Assembly (NCBI GenBank): GCA_937872345.1
Contig: CALMSQ010000253.1
Location: 5,672-69,671 of the forward strand
Source of the DNA: an uncultured Burkholderiales bacterium
GTDB lineage: Bacteria; Pseudomonadota; Gammaproteobacteria; Burkholderiales; Burkholderiaceae_E
Length of the DNA: 64,000 bases
Direction: 5' to 3'
This document shows, piece after piece, positions 62,959 to 64,000 of this stretch. How positions within the stretch are numbered: the first letter of the stretch is position 1; each line of letters begins with the position of its first letter. The position numbers and the translations under genes were made by a program. A model generated the notes under the pieces. It saw only the letters and a list, made by a program, of their open reading frames with translations, ran no database searches and was not told the origin of the DNA.

Positions 62959-63188
62959 TGCCCGACGCAGCCCCAGACGATCCCAAGAAGCCGTTCTTCG
63001 TGATGTGCGGCGACGAGACCTGCAAGCACTGCTGGCCAGCGGCCTATCTGCCGATGGACGTGAGCATGTTCGCGCGAGTCACCGGGAAACTGCGCTGCCC
63101 GATGTGCGGCCACGCCAAACCGGTGATCCCGAAGCAGGCCAACGGCGTCCTGCTCGAGCCCGGTGCGCACCAGGGAGCATCGCCATGA
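62958..63188 (+). CDS. Small zinc-ribbon protein
   Basis: C...TCKHCW and CPMCG motifs. Confidence 0.7.
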   Translation: MPDAAPDDPKKPFFVMCGDETCKHCWPAAYLPMDVSMFARVTGKLRCPMCGHAKPVIPKQANGVLLEPGAHQGASP

Positions 63189-63601
63189 TCGGCTCGATCG
63201 GTATCCTCAACGTCGGTGTCGGCGACACCAAGCTGACCTTCGACCCCGCGAAGCCGGAGGAGACCAGGCGCGCCGCGGCGGTCGTCGAGGACATGTTGCG
63301 TCGCGGCTTCGCCATCCTGGTCCAGGTCGGCGAGCGCAACGGCAAGCCGCTGTTCCAGCGTGCCGAGTCCTTCGACCCCGAGACCTGCGAATACATCATC
63401 GTCGGGACGCCGCCCGCACCGCCGCCACCAGCGGCCGAGGGCGACGACGGGACGGCACCAGCGGAGGCGGTGGCCGACACCAACGAAGCGCCGCGCCAGC
63501 GGAAGTCACGCAAGGGCGTCAAGTATGGGGCCTACAACAAGACCAGGGTGCCCGCCGCGTCGACCCGCGCCGTAGCCGTCGCGAGGTCCGCCGGTGGCTG
63601 A
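63185..63601 (+). CDS. Hypothetical protein ending in Gly-Gly
   Basis: ILNVGVGDTKLTFD...DMLRRGFAILV...FDP..CEYII...ARSAGG-stop. Confidence 0.75.
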   Translation: MIGSIGILNVGVGDTKLTFDPAKPEETRRAAAVVEDMLRRGFAILVQVGERNGKPLFQRAESFDPETCEYIIVGTPPAPPPPAAEGDDGTAPAEAVADTNEAPRQRKSRKGVKYGAYNKTRVPAASTRAVAVARSAGG

Positions 63602-64000
63602 TGCGATCGCCCCTTCGCCCGCGCCAGCGCCGGAACTGACATGGGACACGTTCCGCGCCGGCATCCGCCGGCTGGCGGAACTGAAGAACGAGTGGGCCGG
63701 GATCCCGATGCCGGTCGAGGGCTGCCAGCTCATCGTCGATCCCAGGTTCCCCAACGCAGCGAAGCTGATGGAGATCGGGGCGAAGCTGCACCCCGACCAC
63801 GACTACGACAGCAAGCGCGTCGTCATCAACAAGTGGTGGTCGAACCGTCGCCGCGGCACCGTGCTGATCTGGCGGGAGCCCGACGGCCGGATCGAATGGG
63901 GCGTCCAGCCCGGTATCCATCACATCGCCCACGATCTCGGTTGCATCGAGGTCGCCGACGTCTGGGGCATCGAGCAGGAGGCCAGGGCGATCGATCTGCT
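63594..64000 (+). CDS. Hypothetical protein, truncated by the window edge
   Basis: GTG start overlapping the upstream stop; open frame ...EWAGIPMP...NKWWS..R...WGIEQEARAIDL to the end. Confidence 0.7.
   Translation, partial: MADAIAPSPAPAPELTWDTFRAGIRRLAELKNEWAGIPMPVEGCQLIVDPRFPNAAKLMEIGAKLHPDHDYDSKRVVINKWWSNRRRGTVLIWREPDGRIEWGVQPGIHHIAHDLGCIEVADVWGIEQEARAIDL

Larger units (their letters stand above)
1..64000. mobile_element. Temperate siphovirus genome (HK97-like head, long non-contractile tail), probably excised/circular form with an Alphaproteobacterial host
   Basis: Complete set of integration, lysis, tail, head, packaging, replication and immunity modules with no host housekeeping genes; attP is flanked by phage genes on both sides. 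Confidence 0.93.

Overview
The whole window is one high-GC temperate siphovirus genome, probably infecting an Alphaproteobacterium (GapR/DUF2312 and GcrA-like genes, small phage proteins typical of alphaproteobacterial phages). It appears to be the excised or circular form, because an intact attP (3' two-thirds of tRNA-Pro(CGG) plus tandem arm-site repeats on both sides) follows xis-int and is flanked by phage genes. From left to right: xis-int-attP; three small + strand genes; a long minus-strand late operon (spanins, GH19 endolysin, holin, tail fibre/tip, tape measure, chaperones, tail tube, neck, capsid, ClpP-type protease, collagen-like protein, portal, terminase, HNH); a minus-strand delayed-early operon (replication initiator with internal iterons, C5 and MT-A70 methyltransferases, GapR, RNA ligase, CII/Cro-like); a CI/Cro switch with four 17-bp operators; and a + strand early operon (MTase, HerA-like ATPase, DUF5131) running off the right edge. 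The most notable observations are: (1) a coupled GT2+GT9 glycosyltransferase pair inside the head-assembly genes next to decoration and collagen proteins (candidate virion glycosylation system); (2) an early protein ending in Gly-Gly coupled to a partner ORF (candidate ubiquitin/sulfur-carrier-like module); (3) a single in-frame amber codon splitting the tape measure gene; (4) a GapR followed by a GapR-like/GIY-YIG fusion; (5) a radical-SAM-like gene next to the methyltransferases; (6) a lambda pR'/tR'-like late control element. All family calls come from motif recognition and synteny by eye, with no database search.
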